A stretch of DNA of 60,066 bases from Actinomycetes bacterium (GTDB lineage: Bacteria; Actinomycetota; Acidimicrobiia; IMCC26256; PALSA-610). A model generated the notes under the pieces. That model was not told the DNA's origin. It searched no databases and was given only the letters and a program-made list of their open reading frames with translations. The stretch spans positions 1 through 60,066 of the forward strand of contig JANNHK010000232.1 of assembly GCA_031404355.1 (NCBI GenBank). The letters run 5' to 3'. The position numbers and the translations under genes are program-made. Below, piece after piece: positions 8,627 to 17,773 of this stretch (position 1 is its first letter; each line of letters begins with the position of its first letter).

Positions 8627-9994
8627 ATGGCCTTCACCGCGGTTGTCACAACCGGTATCTACTGCCGCCCCGGATGTCCGGCGACACCGCTGCGCCGCAA
8701 CATGCGGCCGTACCTCACCGCCGCTGCGGCCGAGGCGAACGGCTACCGCGCGTGCCTGCGCTGCCGCCCCGACCGCGAGCCCGAGCCCGCATGGATCGAC
8801 GCGCCCGAACTCGTGTGCCGCGCGCTGCGGCTCATCGCGAACGGGGGCCTCGACGGCGCCACCGAGGACGAACTCGCGGCGCGCCTCGGCGTCAGCGCCC
8901 GCCACCTCCGCCGCCTCTTCGACACGCACGTCGGCGCGACCCCCGGTGAAGTCGCCCGGTCGCGCCGGGCCCACTTCGCCCGGCGCCTGTTCGACGACAC
9001 CGACCTGACGATGGCCGCCGTCGCCCGGGCCGCGGGGTTCAGTTCGGTACGGCACATGAACCGCCTCGTGCAACAGGTGTTCAAGGCCACCCCGACCGAG
9101 CTGCGGGCCAAGCGCCGCAACCCGACCCGTAACGTCGCCGACGGCGGCCTCGAACTCCGGTTGCCGTACCGCCCGCCGCTCGCGTGGGACACGATGCTCG
9201 CGTTCCTCGCGTCCCGGGCCATCCCCGGCGTCGAAGCCGTCGGCAAGCCCGGACGCACCTACCGGCGCACGCTCGACCTCGACGGCGACCCCGGGGTCAT
9301 CGAGGTGACCGCGCCACCGGACGAGGCGTTCCTCGTCCTGCGGGCGCATCTCCCCCGCGTCGAGGACCTGGTCCATGTGGTCGCCCGGGTCCGTCGCCAG
9401 TTCGACCTCGACGCCGATCCACAGTGCATCGACGCCCACCTGTCGCGCGATCCGTTGCTGCGCCCGCTGGTCCGGCGCCACCGAGGGCTGCGCGTCCCGG
9501 GCGGGGTCGACCCCGTCGAGGTCGGCGTGCGGGCGATCCTCGGCCAGCAGGTGACGGTCGCCGGCGCGACTCGGCTCGCGGGCCGGCTGGTCGAGCGCTA
9601 CGGCCGGCCCGTGCCCGGCCTGGACCACCTCGGCCTCTCGCACCTGTTCCCCACCGCCGAGACGCTCGCGGGCGCGCCACTCGACGACATCGGGATCACC
9701 ACCGCCCGCGCGACCGCGATCCGGGCGTTCGCGGCCGCCGCCATTCCGCTCGACGGCTCCCAAGACCTCGTGACAGTCGTCGAGGAGCTCTGCGACCTCC
9801 CCGGCATCGGAGACTGGACGGCGCAATACGTCGCAATGCGCGCCGGTGGCGAACGGGACGCATTTCCGGCCGGAGATCTGGGGCTGCGCAAGGTCCTAGG
9901 CCTTTCGACCCCGCGCGAGGCCCTGACCAGGGCCGAGTCGTGGCGACCGTGGCGGGCGTACGCCGCGTTGCACCTCTGGACATCAGGTGACTGA
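8627..9994 (+). CDS. alkA: AdaA-AlkA fusion (Ada Zn domain, AraC HTH, 3-methyladenine glycosylase II)
   Basis: TTGIYCRPGC, YRACLRCRP, AILGQQVTV, LPGIGDWTA, WRPWRAYA. Start at ATG 8627 or GTG 8585. Confidence 0.9.
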   Translation: MAFTAVVTTGIYCRPGCPATPLRRNMRPYLTAAAAEANGYRACLRCRPDREPEPAWIDAPELVCRALRLIANGGLDGATEDELAARLGVSARHLRRLFDTHVGATPGEVARSRRAHFARRLFDDTDLTMAAVARAAGFSSVRHMNRLVQQVFKATPTELRAKRRNPTRNVADGGLELRLPYRPPLAWDTMLAFLASRAIPGVEAVGKPGRTYRRTLDLDGDPGVIEVTAPPDEAFLVLRAHLPRVEDLVHVVARVRRQFDLDADPQCIDAHLSRDPLLRPLVRRHRGLRVPGGVDPVEVGVRAILGQQVTVAGATRLAGRLVERYGRPVPGLDHLGLSHLFPTAETLAGAPLDDIGITTARATAIRAFAAAAIPLDGSQDLVTVVEELCDLPGIGDWTAQYVAMRAGGERDAFPAGDLGLRKVLGLSTPREALTRAESWRPWRAYAALHLWTSGD

Positions 9995-10123
9995 CGAGTA
10001 ACTTTGCGTTTTGCCTGGTCGGGGCCATATTTCGGCTTGAGAAGCCGTGCTCAATCCGGTACGGTTATGGACCAGCTTTGAGCCGGGTTTCGCATTTTCG
10101 CGACTTTTCCCGGCTGGGAGCGG

Positions 10124-10150
10124 GGAACATTCGCCAGGCGTCTCGACGTT
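10124..10150 (+). promoter_or_regulatory. Candidate ECF sigma (SigH/SigE/SigR-type) promoter upstream of the sigma-70 gene
   Basis: GGAAC-N18-CGTT, one base longer than the usual mycobacterial spacing. Confidence 0.45.
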
Positions 10151-10215
10151 TGGAATGGTGTTCACCCGGCGCGCCCGCCGGGCCGATAATCCCCCCGTAT
10201 ATACCGAAGGAAGCC

Positions 10216-11166
10216 ATGCCCAAGGTTTCAAAGGCCCGTTCCGGCGATCGTGACTACGAAGACCTCGTCCGGTTGTACCTCGAGGACGTCGGCCGTCACG
10301 ATCTGCTCACCAAGGACGACGAAGGTCGTCTCGCCCAGGCCATCGAGGCCGGCGTTGCCGCGCGCAACGACCTCGAGACGAAGAAGAAGCTCACCCCCAC
10401 GCAGCGCCGCACCCTCCGTCGGGCCGTGCGGGCCGGTGACGACGCCCACGCCCAGTTCGTGAACTCGAACCTGCGGCTCGTGGTCTCGATCGCGAAGAAG
10501 TACCAGTCGTCCGGTCTCCCGCTGCTCGACATCGTGCAGGAAGGCAACCTGGGTCTGATCCACGCCGTCGACAAGTTCGACTGGCGCAAGGGCTTCAAGT
10601 TCTCCACGTACGCGACGTGGTGGATCCGTCAGGCCATCCAGCGCGGCATCGCGAACTCGGCTCGCGTCATCCGGCTCCCAGTACACGCCGGCGACATGCT
10701 CACCGCGCTGCTGAAGCTGCGCGCGCAGCTCGAAGGCTCACTGGGCCGTACGCCCACGCTGGCCGAGCTGGCCAAGGAAGCCGAGCTCCCGCTCGAGAAG
10801 GTCGTCGAGGTGCTGCGCTACGCAGTCGACACCGTCTCGCTCGACGAGCCCGTGCGCGACGACGGCGACGCCGAACTCGGCGACTTCGTCGAGGACCGCA
10901 ACGCCGTGGCCCCGTTCGACCACGCCGCCACCTCGCTGCTTCCCGGTGAAGTAGCCAAGGTGTTGGCCGTGCTCGACGACCGCGAGAAGACGATCCTGAT
11001 GTTGCGCTTCGGCCTCGACGGTGCGGGCGACCGCACGCTCGAGGAAGTGGCGGAGCACTTCGGGCTCACGCGTGAACGCATCCGTCAGATCGAGGCCCGG
11101 GCGATGTCGAAGCTTCGCCACCCCTCGGCCGACGTCGGCGCCCGCGAGCTCCTCGAAGCCGTCTAA
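10216..11166 (+). CDS. Group 2 (SigB-like) sigma-70 factor
   Basis: Region 1.2 LVRLYL, NLRLVVSIAKKY, KFSTYATWWIRQ, TRERIRQIE; no region 1.1. Start at ATG 10216 after AAGGAAG. Confidence 0.88.
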   Translation: MPKVSKARSGDRDYEDLVRLYLEDVGRHDLLTKDDEGRLAQAIEAGVAARNDLETKKKLTPTQRRTLRRAVRAGDDAHAQFVNSNLRLVVSIAKKYQSSGLPLLDIVQEGNLGLIHAVDKFDWRKGFKFSTYATWWIRQAIQRGIANSARVIRLPVHAGDMLTALLKLRAQLEGSLGRTPTLAELAKEAELPLEKVVEVLRYAVDTVSLDEPVRDDGDAELGDFVEDRNAVAPFDHAATSLLPGEVAKVLAVLDDREKTILMLRFGLDGAGDRTLEEVAEHFGLTRERIRQIEARAMSKLRHPSADVGARELLEAV

Positions 11167-11175
11167 CACCAAGCC

Positions 11176-11222
11176 AACTTGCGCCGGATTTGCGCCCTCA
11201 GGGCGCATATCCGGCGCTTGTT
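11176..11222. repeat. 47-bp imperfect palindrome (REP-like element or bidirectional terminator)
   Basis: AACTTGCGCCGGATTTGCGCCCTCAGGGCGCATATCCGGCGCTTGTT between convergent genes. Confidence 0.7.
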
Positions 11223-11226
11223 CGCG

Positions 11227-12012
11227 TCAAGGGTTCTGCATCTGCTCGTAGAGGCGGGCGAGGGCGGCGTCGGTGCCGGCCTGGGGCAGTGACAGCCCGC
11301 CGTCGACGACGACGGTCTGGCCCGTGATGTACGACGACCGGTCGGACGCCAGAAACACGACGACCTCGGCGACCTCGTGGGCCTCGCCCATGCGCCGCAG
11401 CGGTAGGCCCTCGGCGATGGGTGCGAACGACTCGGGGTAGTCGTCCCAAACTTGCGTGAGCGGCGTGCGGACGAAGCCCGGCGCGACGCAGTTCACCCGC
11501 ACCGACGGCCCGTACTCGAGCGCCGCGCTCTTCGTGAGCGCGATGACTGCCGCCTTGGCCGCGGAGTAGGCGGCCTCGTTGCGGGTGGGCATGAGGCCGG
11601 AGAGCGACGCGTTGTTGACGATGGCGCCGCGGCCCGAGCGCAGCATGTGCGGCACCGCGGCGCGGGTGGCGTTGAACGTGCCGCCGAGGTTCACGTCGAT
11701 GAGCCGGTGCCAGAGCTTGTCGTCGACGGTGTGCATCGGGCGCAGGTCACCGGTGCCGGCGTTGTTGAACAGCAGATGCAGACCGCCAAGGCGGGCGGCC
11801 ACATCGTCGATCGCGGCAGTCACCAACTCGGCGTCGCGTACGTCGACCTCGTAGGCAGTGCCGCGCACCTCGCTCGCGACCTGGCGGGCCGCTTCGGCAT
11901 CGCGGTCGAGGATCGCGACCGTGGCACCCTCGGCCGCGAACCGCCACGCGGTCATGCGCCCGATGCCCGACCCGCCGCCCGTGACGACAGCGATACGACC
12001 CTCCAGCTCCAT
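11227..12012 (-). CDS. Short-chain dehydrogenase/reductase
   Basis: TGGGSGIG, NNAG, YSAAK. Confidence 0.92.
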   Translation of the reverse strand: MELEGRIAVVTGGGSGIGRMTAWRFAAEGATVAILDRDAEAARQVASEVRGTAYEVDVRDAELVTAAIDDVAARLGGLHLLFNNAGTGDLRPMHTVDDKLWHRLIDVNLGGTFNATRAAVPHMLRSGRGAIVNNASLSGLMPTRNEAAYSAAKAAVIALTKSAALEYGPSVRVNCVAPGFVRTPLTQVWDDYPESFAPIAEGLPLRRMGEAHEVAEVVVFLASDRSSYITGQTVVVDGGLSLPQAGTDAALARLYEQMQNP

Positions 12013-12120
12013 TGTCCTCCGCTCAGCGGGGCCGCTCGGGCCCCGCCTCGGGGCCCTGGGAGTGACAATCGAGATGGGTCACCCCTCGGCTCAAGGACCG
12101 GAGGCTACCGAGACGGCGTG

Positions 12121-12816
12121 CTACATCCGCATCGCCGCGACGGCACCGGCCGCGAAGGCGTCGACGGTCTCGACGTCTTCGAGCGTGAACGGGTGATCGG
12201 GGTGCGACACCGCTTCGAGCACGGCGACCGCGTCGCTGTGGAACCAGATCGGGACCGCAAGGACCGAGCGGCCGTCGTCGACGTGCTCGAGCACCGCACT
12301 GCCCCGGCGCAACGTGTGCCGCGCGAGGCGGGTCGGTACCTCGCCGGCCGGGCCCGGAACGCGGACCCGGGCGAATTCGGCGCCGATCGTCTCCTGCAGC
12401 CCGCAGGCGAGACGGTCGGCCGCCTCGCGGAAGCTCTCGCGCAGGGCGAGGAGCTCGTCATCGCCGAAGCGCAGCACACCCGACTCGGCCATGGCCTGCG
12501 CCACCGCGAGGGTGACCTTCTGCTCGTCGCGCGACAGGGCCCGCAACCGCCGCAGGTGCTTGTCCTGCTCCAGGGCGTACATGCCGAGCAGGACAGCCAG
12601 CGCAACCGAGAGGCCCCGGAGCACGGGCGTCTGGATCGCCGTCTTCGGCATGAACGCGATGCCGAGCAGCGCGGCGACGACGAACGCCAGCACGAGCGCG
12701 ATTTGGAACTGGCGCTTCGTGATCATGGCACCGGTGACCGCAGTCTTCGGGTGCAGCCCGACGGCGCGTTCCTCGTGCTCGATCTCGCGATGCAGAGTGG
12801 TCATCGTCGCATCCAT
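12121..12816 (-). CDS. Membrane protein (2 TM) with a degenerate GAF-like C-terminus
   Basis: AGGAGG RBS before ATG 12816; RSVLAVPI...VAVLEAV...FTLED GAF-like tail. Confidence 0.55.
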   Translation of the reverse strand: MDATMTTLHREIEHEERAVGLHPKTAVTGAMITKRQFQIALVLAFVVAALLGIAFMPKTAIQTPVLRGLSVALAVLLGMYALEQDKHLRRLRALSRDEQKVTLAVAQAMAESGVLRFGDDELLALRESFREAADRLACGLQETIGAEFARVRVPGPAGEVPTRLARHTLRRGSAVLEHVDDGRSVLAVPIWFHSDAVAVLEAVSHPDHPFTLEDVETVDAFAAGAVAAMRM

Positions 12817-12885
12817 CCGGTACCTCCTCGAAAAGCAATCCCGCACTAGAGGTGTCGAACGAAACGTGCCCCGAACTTGAGCGCG

Positions 12886-13395
12886 TCAGTGACTTTTGAC
12901 ACGTACGTCGAACGCGACGCCGCAATCACGCGCCAGCGCCACGATGCCGTTGTCGTTCACGTAGCCGCGGCCCTGGATGTTGAAGATACGCACATGGTCT
13001 GCGCCGACCGGGTAGGGGCCCCAGTGCCACGTTCCCCGACGCAGGTGTACACACGTGTACTGCGGCAACAAGAAGGCCCGGACCGCCTCGAAATGCGCGG
13101 GCTCGGAGAAGTCGAGTTCGGCGGGCGCGACGACGACGACCGCGTCGCCGCTCACCGGCATGAGGGTTTGGGTGTGCGTGTCGTGGCGGTTGAGCAGTTC
13201 GCAGCGCAGCGCGCCGGCGACCACCTCGATCTCGTCGAGGTCGTGCTCGATGTAGTTGACCCAGCCGTCGTTGAGCGGGAACTCGAGATCGGCGGTTGGT
13301 GCGCCGTCGCCTTCGGTCGGCGGGAGGGCGCCGAAGGGCGCGAACGTTTCCGGCGTGGCGGGAAGTGCGACGAGGGAGATCGGGCGTACGCTGAC
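12886..13395 (-). CDS. Ureidoglycolate lyase (AllA)-like cupin; start apparently GTC
   Basis: The frame extends upstream of the ORF-track start through ATPETFAPFG; also NRHDTHTQ and LRRGTWHWGP. Confidence 0.7.
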   Translation of the reverse strand, partial: VSVRPISLVALPATPETFAPFGALPPTEGDGAPTADLEFPLNDGWVNYIEHDLDEIEVVAGALRCELLNRHDTHTQTLMPVSGDAVVVVAPAELDFSEPAHFEAVRAFLLPQYTCVHLRRGTWHWGPYPVGADHVRIFNIQGRGYVNDNGIVALARDCGVAFDVRVKSH

Positions 13396-13422
13396 GCGGC
13401 CAGTGTAGAGAGGGAGTCCCTA

Positions 13423-13806
13423 ATGGACGTGCGGTCGATCGAAGACGTGACCCCGGTGGTCGAGCACAACGGGACCGTGCCCGTGTGGTGGCTCGTGAAC
13501 CCGCGTGAGATGTTCGAGATCACCAAGGGCGGGCACCTCGAACTGGTCAGCGAGTTCGAGGTCGCGGGCGGCGGGTTCGTCGACCCGCACCAGCACCCGA
13601 CGCACGAGTTCTATTACGTGACCGCAGGGCGCGGGCTCATGATGATCGCCGACGAAGAGCGCGAAATCGGCCAGGGCGACCTCGTGCACATCCCGCCCGA
13701 CACCGTGCACAGCCTGCGTCCGGTGAGCGACAACGCACCGATCCACTGCTTCTGCTTCGCTGTCGGCGTCGCGGACGCGGGCCCGGTCAACTACACCGAG
13801 CACTAG
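13423..13806 (+). CDS. Cupin_2 domain protein
   Basis: PHQHPTHEFYYV...GDLVHIPPDTVHSL; start ATG 13423. Confidence 0.85.
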   Translation: MDVRSIEDVTPVVEHNGTVPVWWLVNPREMFEITKGGHLELVSEFEVAGGGFVDPHQHPTHEFYYVTAGRGLMMIADEEREIGQGDLVHIPPDTVHSLRPVSDNAPIHCFCFAVGVADAGPVNYTEH

Positions 13807-13812
13807 AGACCC

Positions 13813-14757
13813 GTGGGCAGAGTTCTCGTGACGCGGCGCCTGCCCGAGGGTGGGCTGGATCCGCTCGCGGGTCACGACCTCGTGGGCCCGAAGCCCGACG
13901 ACGCGCCGTACACGCCGGCCGAGCTGGGCGCGCTCGCCGGTGACGTCGACGCGATCGTGTCGTTGCTCACCGACCGCATCGACGACGCCGTGCTCGCTGC
14001 CGGTGCCGGTCGGTTGCGGGTCGTCGCGAACGTGGCGGTCGGGTACGACAACGTCGACGTCGCGGCCGCGGCGATGCACGGCATCGTCGTATGCAACACG
14101 CCGGGGGTGCTCGACGACACGACGGCCGACCTGGCGTTCACCCTCATCCTCGCGGCGTCGCGGCTCGCGTCGGAGGCCGAGTCCGACCTGCGCACGGGCG
14201 TGTGGAAGGGGTGGGGCATCACGCAGTACCTCGGGCGCGACGTACACGGCGCCACACTCGGCCTCGTCGGCTACGGGCGCATCGGGCGCGCGGTCGCGCG
14301 CCGGGCGGTGGGGTTCGACATGCAGGTGCTGCACCACACACGCACGCCGACCGGCGAGCCGGGATGGGTCGCCGACCTCGACGAACTGTTGGCGACATCC
14401 GACATCGTCTCGCTGCACTGCCCGGGCGGTGACGCGACGCGGCACTTGATCGACGCCCGTCGCCTTGCGCTCATGAAGCCCACCGCCGTGCTGGTGAACA
14501 CCGCGCGCGGCACGGTGGTCGATGAAGCCGCGCTCGCCGACGCGCTGCATTCCGGCCAACTGTTCGCGGCCGGGCTCGACGTGTTCGAGCGCGAACCCGA
14601 AGTGCACTCGCGGCTGTTGAGCGCGCCGCGCACGGTGCTGTTGCCGCACATCGGTTCGGGCTCGCAGGCGACGCGCACGCGCATGGCGCAGATGGCGACG
14701 AGCGCGGTCGCGACCGTGCTCGCGGGCAGCACTCCGCCCAACATCGTCCCGTCGTAA
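13813..14757 (+). CDS. D-2-hydroxyacid dehydrogenase (glyoxylate/hydroxypyruvate reductase-like)
   Basis: AVGYDNVD, NTPGVL, GYGRIG, NTARG, GLDVFERE, PHIGS. Confidence 0.9.
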   Translation: MGRVLVTRRLPEGGLDPLAGHDLVGPKPDDAPYTPAELGALAGDVDAIVSLLTDRIDDAVLAAGAGRLRVVANVAVGYDNVDVAAAAMHGIVVCNTPGVLDDTTADLAFTLILAASRLASEAESDLRTGVWKGWGITQYLGRDVHGATLGLVGYGRIGRAVARRAVGFDMQVLHHTRTPTGEPGWVADLDELLATSDIVSLHCPGGDATRHLIDARRLALMKPTAVLVNTARGTVVDEAALADALHSGQLFAAGLDVFEREPEVHSRLLSAPRTVLLPHIGSGSQATRTRMAQMATSAVATVLAGSTPPNIVPS

Positions 14758-14786
14758 CTGTCTCAGGGGGGAAGTACCCTCTCGTC

Positions 14787-15356
14787 ATGGCTCAATCCGC
14801 GCCGATGCGCACAGACGTCTCCGCGGACGAATTCCTGACCTTCCCCGAGCGCTTCCCGCCGCACAGCCAGCTCGTCGAAGGGCACGTAATCGTGAGCGAG
14901 CCGCAGCTTCCGCACTCGCGGATTTGCTCGTACCTGTGGACAGCGTTTGTCCTGTGGTGCAGGGCCGAGACCGGGCGGGGTGAGTGCTTCAACCCCGTCG
15001 ACGTCCCGATCAACCAACGCAATGTGTTCGCACCCGACATCTCCTGGTACCGCGAGGACCGACGTCCGCCAAAGGGCGCGCTCCGAGTCGGTGGGCTCCC
15101 GGACCTCGCCGTTGAAGTCCGCTCGCAGTCGACGTGGCGCTACGACAGTGGATCGAAGCGCCGACTCTACGAGTCGAACGGGCTGTCCGAGTTGTGGCTC
15201 GTCGACACGGCCAGCCACACGGTGATCGTCAACCGGCGCTCGGTACCCGACGCGGCAGAGTTCGACATCGCGCTCGAACTGGGCGAGGGCGAGGTGCTGA
15301 CGTCGCCGTTACTGCCCGGGCTCGAGATCGACATCGCCGAGCTGTTCGATCGGTGA
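14787..15356 (+). CDS. Uma2 family endonuclease
   Basis: FAPDI, PDLAVEVRS, KRRLY, ELWLVD, LTSPLLPG. Confidence 0.85.
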   Translation: MAQSAPMRTDVSADEFLTFPERFPPHSQLVEGHVIVSEPQLPHSRICSYLWTAFVLWCRAETGRGECFNPVDVPINQRNVFAPDISWYREDRRPPKGALRVGGLPDLAVEVRSQSTWRYDSGSKRRLYESNGLSELWLVDTASHTVIVNRRSVPDAAEFDIALELGEGEVLTSPLLPGLEIDIAELFDR

Positions 15357-15959
15357 CGGGTCGAGGCTGAGCAGGTCGAGGGTCGTTTTCCCTGCGGCCA
15401 ACGCCGCGAAGTTCTGCTGTTCCTTCTCGGTGCGCGCGTGGGCGGCGGCGACGATCGTTTCGATCTGGTCGCGCGGCAGAGCCACCACGCCGTCGGCATC
15501 GCCATACACCCAGTCGCCGAGCGAAACTACGACGTCGCCCACTACGACGGGCGCGCCTATCCGCCCCCGCTCCTGTTTGGTCGCGCCGCGGAGCGCAAGC
15601 ATCGTCGCGAAGACCCCGAAGCGTCGACCCGCCAGCGCGTCGACGTCGCGCACGCCGCCATCGATCACAAGCCCGACGATGCCGCGAGCCTGCGCGGCGG
15701 TCGCGAGTACCTCACCCCAGTACCCGCGGGCCGGTTCGGCGCCGACGCCGACCACGAGCACGGATCCTGCAGGCGCCTCCGCCACGGCGACGTGGATCGC
15801 GAGGTTGTCACCCGCCGTGCATTCAACCGGATACGCGGGACCGACGACGTGCGCGCCGGGCCAGATCGGGCGTATGCGCGGCGCCATCGGACGACCGCCA
15901 CACTCACCGTACGTCGCCGCGCCGAGATACGGGATCGATTGCTCGGGTTGGTGCGACAC
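15309..15959 (-). CDS. RraA-like / HMG-CHA aldolase
   Basis: GDNLAIH, WGEVL, IDGGVRDV, GDWVYGDADGVV. Confidence 0.85.
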   Translation of the reverse strand: MSHQPEQSIPYLGAATYGECGGRPMAPRIRPIWPGAHVVGPAYPVECTAGDNLAIHVAVAEAPAGSVLVVGVGAEPARGYWGEVLATAAQARGIVGLVIDGGVRDVDALAGRRFGVFATMLALRGATKQERGRIGAPVVVGDVVVSLGDWVYGDADGVVALPRDQIETIVAAAHARTEKEQQNFAALAAGKTTLDLLSLDPSPIEQLGDVDLEPGQ

Positions 15960-15969
15960 GACCGCATTA

Positions 15970-16062
15970 TGGCGGAGGGCGAGGGATTTGAACCCTCGAG
16001 GAGGCTTAACACCCCCTACTCGCTTAGCAGGCGAGCACCTTCGGCCACTCGGTCAGCCCTCC
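15970..16062 (-). tRNA. tRNA-Ser(GCT) with encoded CCA
   Basis: GGAGGGC acceptor stem, CTCGC-CT-GCT-AA-GCGAG anticodon arm, long variable arm, TTCAAATC T-loop. TATACT -10 element at 16074-16079. Confidence 0.95.
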
Positions 16063-16092
16063 AAGGTGGGTCGAGTATACGGCCAAGACCGA

Positions 16093-16707
16093 TCAGGCCT
16101 TCCGGGCCTTTCCGACCGACATGTAACCCACGGTCTTGGGGCCCTTCAGGTAGAAGTTGCGCACCGTCTCGATCTCGAAGCCGGCCTTCATCACCAGCTC
16201 GTTGATGTCGCGGTTCAGGTTGCAGCCGCCGGCGCACTTGTTCTGGATCCCGTTGAACCGGTCTTGGTTGCGGGCAACCTTCATCTCCGGCGACCGGCCG
16301 TGCTCGGCGAAGTGCAAGCGCGCGCCGGGTTTGAGGACCCGGCGCACCTCGGCCAGCGCGCCTTCGACGTCGGGGATCGTGCACAGCGTCATCGTCGACA
16401 GCGCGGCGTCGAAGCGGTCGTCGGGGAAGTCGAGGTGCTCGCCGTCGAGCCCGCCGATCTCCACGGCGACGGGCGCGGCCGCGATGCGTTTGGCCGCGAG
16501 TTTCATCGCGACCGCCGACGGGTCGACCGTCCACACGCCGGTGACCTCCATCGGGAGGTAGGCCAAGTTGAGGCCGGAACCGAACCCGATCTCGAGGACG
16601 TCGCCGTGGAGGCCTTCGGTCGCCTCGCGGCGGACCTTGGCGAACTCGCGCGTGCCGAGCATGACATCGATGAATCGGGGGAGAATCTGTTCGCCGTAGA
16701 AGCCCAC
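16093..16707 (-). CDS. Class I SAM-dependent methyltransferase
   Basis: VLEIGFGSGLN, TLCTIPD, RRVLKPG, AEHG, GGCNLNR; start GTG 16707. Confidence 0.85.
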   Translation of the reverse strand: MGFYGEQILPRFIDVMLGTREFAKVRREATEGLHGDVLEIGFGSGLNLAYLPMEVTGVWTVDPSAVAMKLAAKRIAAAPVAVEIGGLDGEHLDFPDDRFDAALSTMTLCTIPDVEGALAEVRRVLKPGARLHFAEHGRSPEMKVARNQDRFNGIQNKCAGGCNLNRDINELVMKAGFEIETVRNFYLKGPKTVGYMSVGKARKA

Positions 16708-16729
16708 GAGGGAAGGGTACGTTCGAGCC

Positions 16730-17746
16730 GTGACCCCGGTCGAGGCCCTGAACCGGATCGCCGACCTGCTCATGCGCGGTCGCGCCCCGCAGTACCGAAT
16801 CCAAGCGTTCCGCCGGGCCGCGACCGAGATCAGCCGCGTCCCCGAAGAGGAGCTCCAACGGCTCGCGAAGATCGGCCGCCTGCAGGACATTCCCGGCGTC
16901 GGCGAGAAGACCGCGACCGTCATCGCCGAAGCGCTGGAGGGCAAGACGCCGGAGTACCTCCAGAAGCTGTTGCACGACGTGCCCGAACCGGGCACCGACG
17001 CGGGCGAGGCGTTGCGGCAGCACCTCAAAGGCGACCTGCACTCGCACTCCGACTGGTCCGACGGCGGCCACACCATCCACGCAATGGCGACCAAGGCGCG
17101 TGACCTCGGCCACGAGTACCTCGCGCTCACCGACCACTCGCCCCGGTTGAAGATCGCGCACGGGCTCACCGCCGAGAGGTTGACGCAACAACTCGACGTC
17201 GTCGCCGAGATCAACGAGGAGCTCGCACCGTTCCGGCTGTTGACGGGGATCGAAGTCGACATCCTCGAAGACGGCGCGCTCGACCAGACCGAGGAGTTGT
17301 TGGCGCGCGTCGACGTCGTGGTCGGCAGCGTGCACTCGAAGCTGCGCATGCCGAAGGCCGAGATGACGCGCCGCATGGTGCGCGCGATCGAGAACCCGTT
17401 CTGCGACGTGCTCGGCCACTGCACCGGCCGGCTGCTGACCGGCCGCGGCCGTCCCGAGTCGGAGTTCGACGAGGAGCTCGTGCTCGGCGCGTGTGTCGAC
17501 CACGACACCGCGCTCGAAGTGAACTGCCGACCCGAGCGGCTCGACCCGCCGAAACGGATCCTCACGCGTGCGTTCGAACTCGGCGTGAAGATCTCGATCG
17601 ACACCGACGCGCACGCCACCGACCAACTCGAGTGGCACCCCTACGGCACCGACCGCGCCGCCGCCGCCTGCGGCTACGACGCCGACCGCGTCATCAACGC
17701 CATGTCCACCGAGGATCTCCTCGCCTGGACCACGATGCGTCGATAG
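16730..17746 (+). CDS. PHP domain protein with PolX-like N-terminal HhH region (no polymerase core)
   Basis: IPGVGEKT; GDLHSHSDWSDG, TDHS, GHCTGR, DTDAH. Confidence 0.85.
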   Translation: MTPVEALNRIADLLMRGRAPQYRIQAFRRAATEISRVPEEELQRLAKIGRLQDIPGVGEKTATVIAEALEGKTPEYLQKLLHDVPEPGTDAGEALRQHLKGDLHSHSDWSDGGHTIHAMATKARDLGHEYLALTDHSPRLKIAHGLTAERLTQQLDVVAEINEELAPFRLLTGIEVDILEDGALDQTEELLARVDVVVGSVHSKLRMPKAEMTRRMVRAIENPFCDVLGHCTGRLLTGRGRPESEFDEELVLGACVDHDTALEVNCRPERLDPPKRILTRAFELGVKISIDTDAHATDQLEWHPYGTDRAAAACGYDADRVINAMSTEDLLAWTTMRR

Positions 17747-17773
17747 ACCACCGCCGTGGTCTATCGACGCATC
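17734..17773. repeat. Perfect 18-bp inverted repeat spanning the stop codons of both convergent genes
   Basis: GATGCGTCGATAGACCAC-CGCC-GTGGTCTATCGACGCATC. Confidence 0.75.

Noticed and set aside
10037-10056. HspR HAIR-like CTTGAGA-N6-GCTCAAT
   Set aside because: The spacer is one base short and there are three mismatches.
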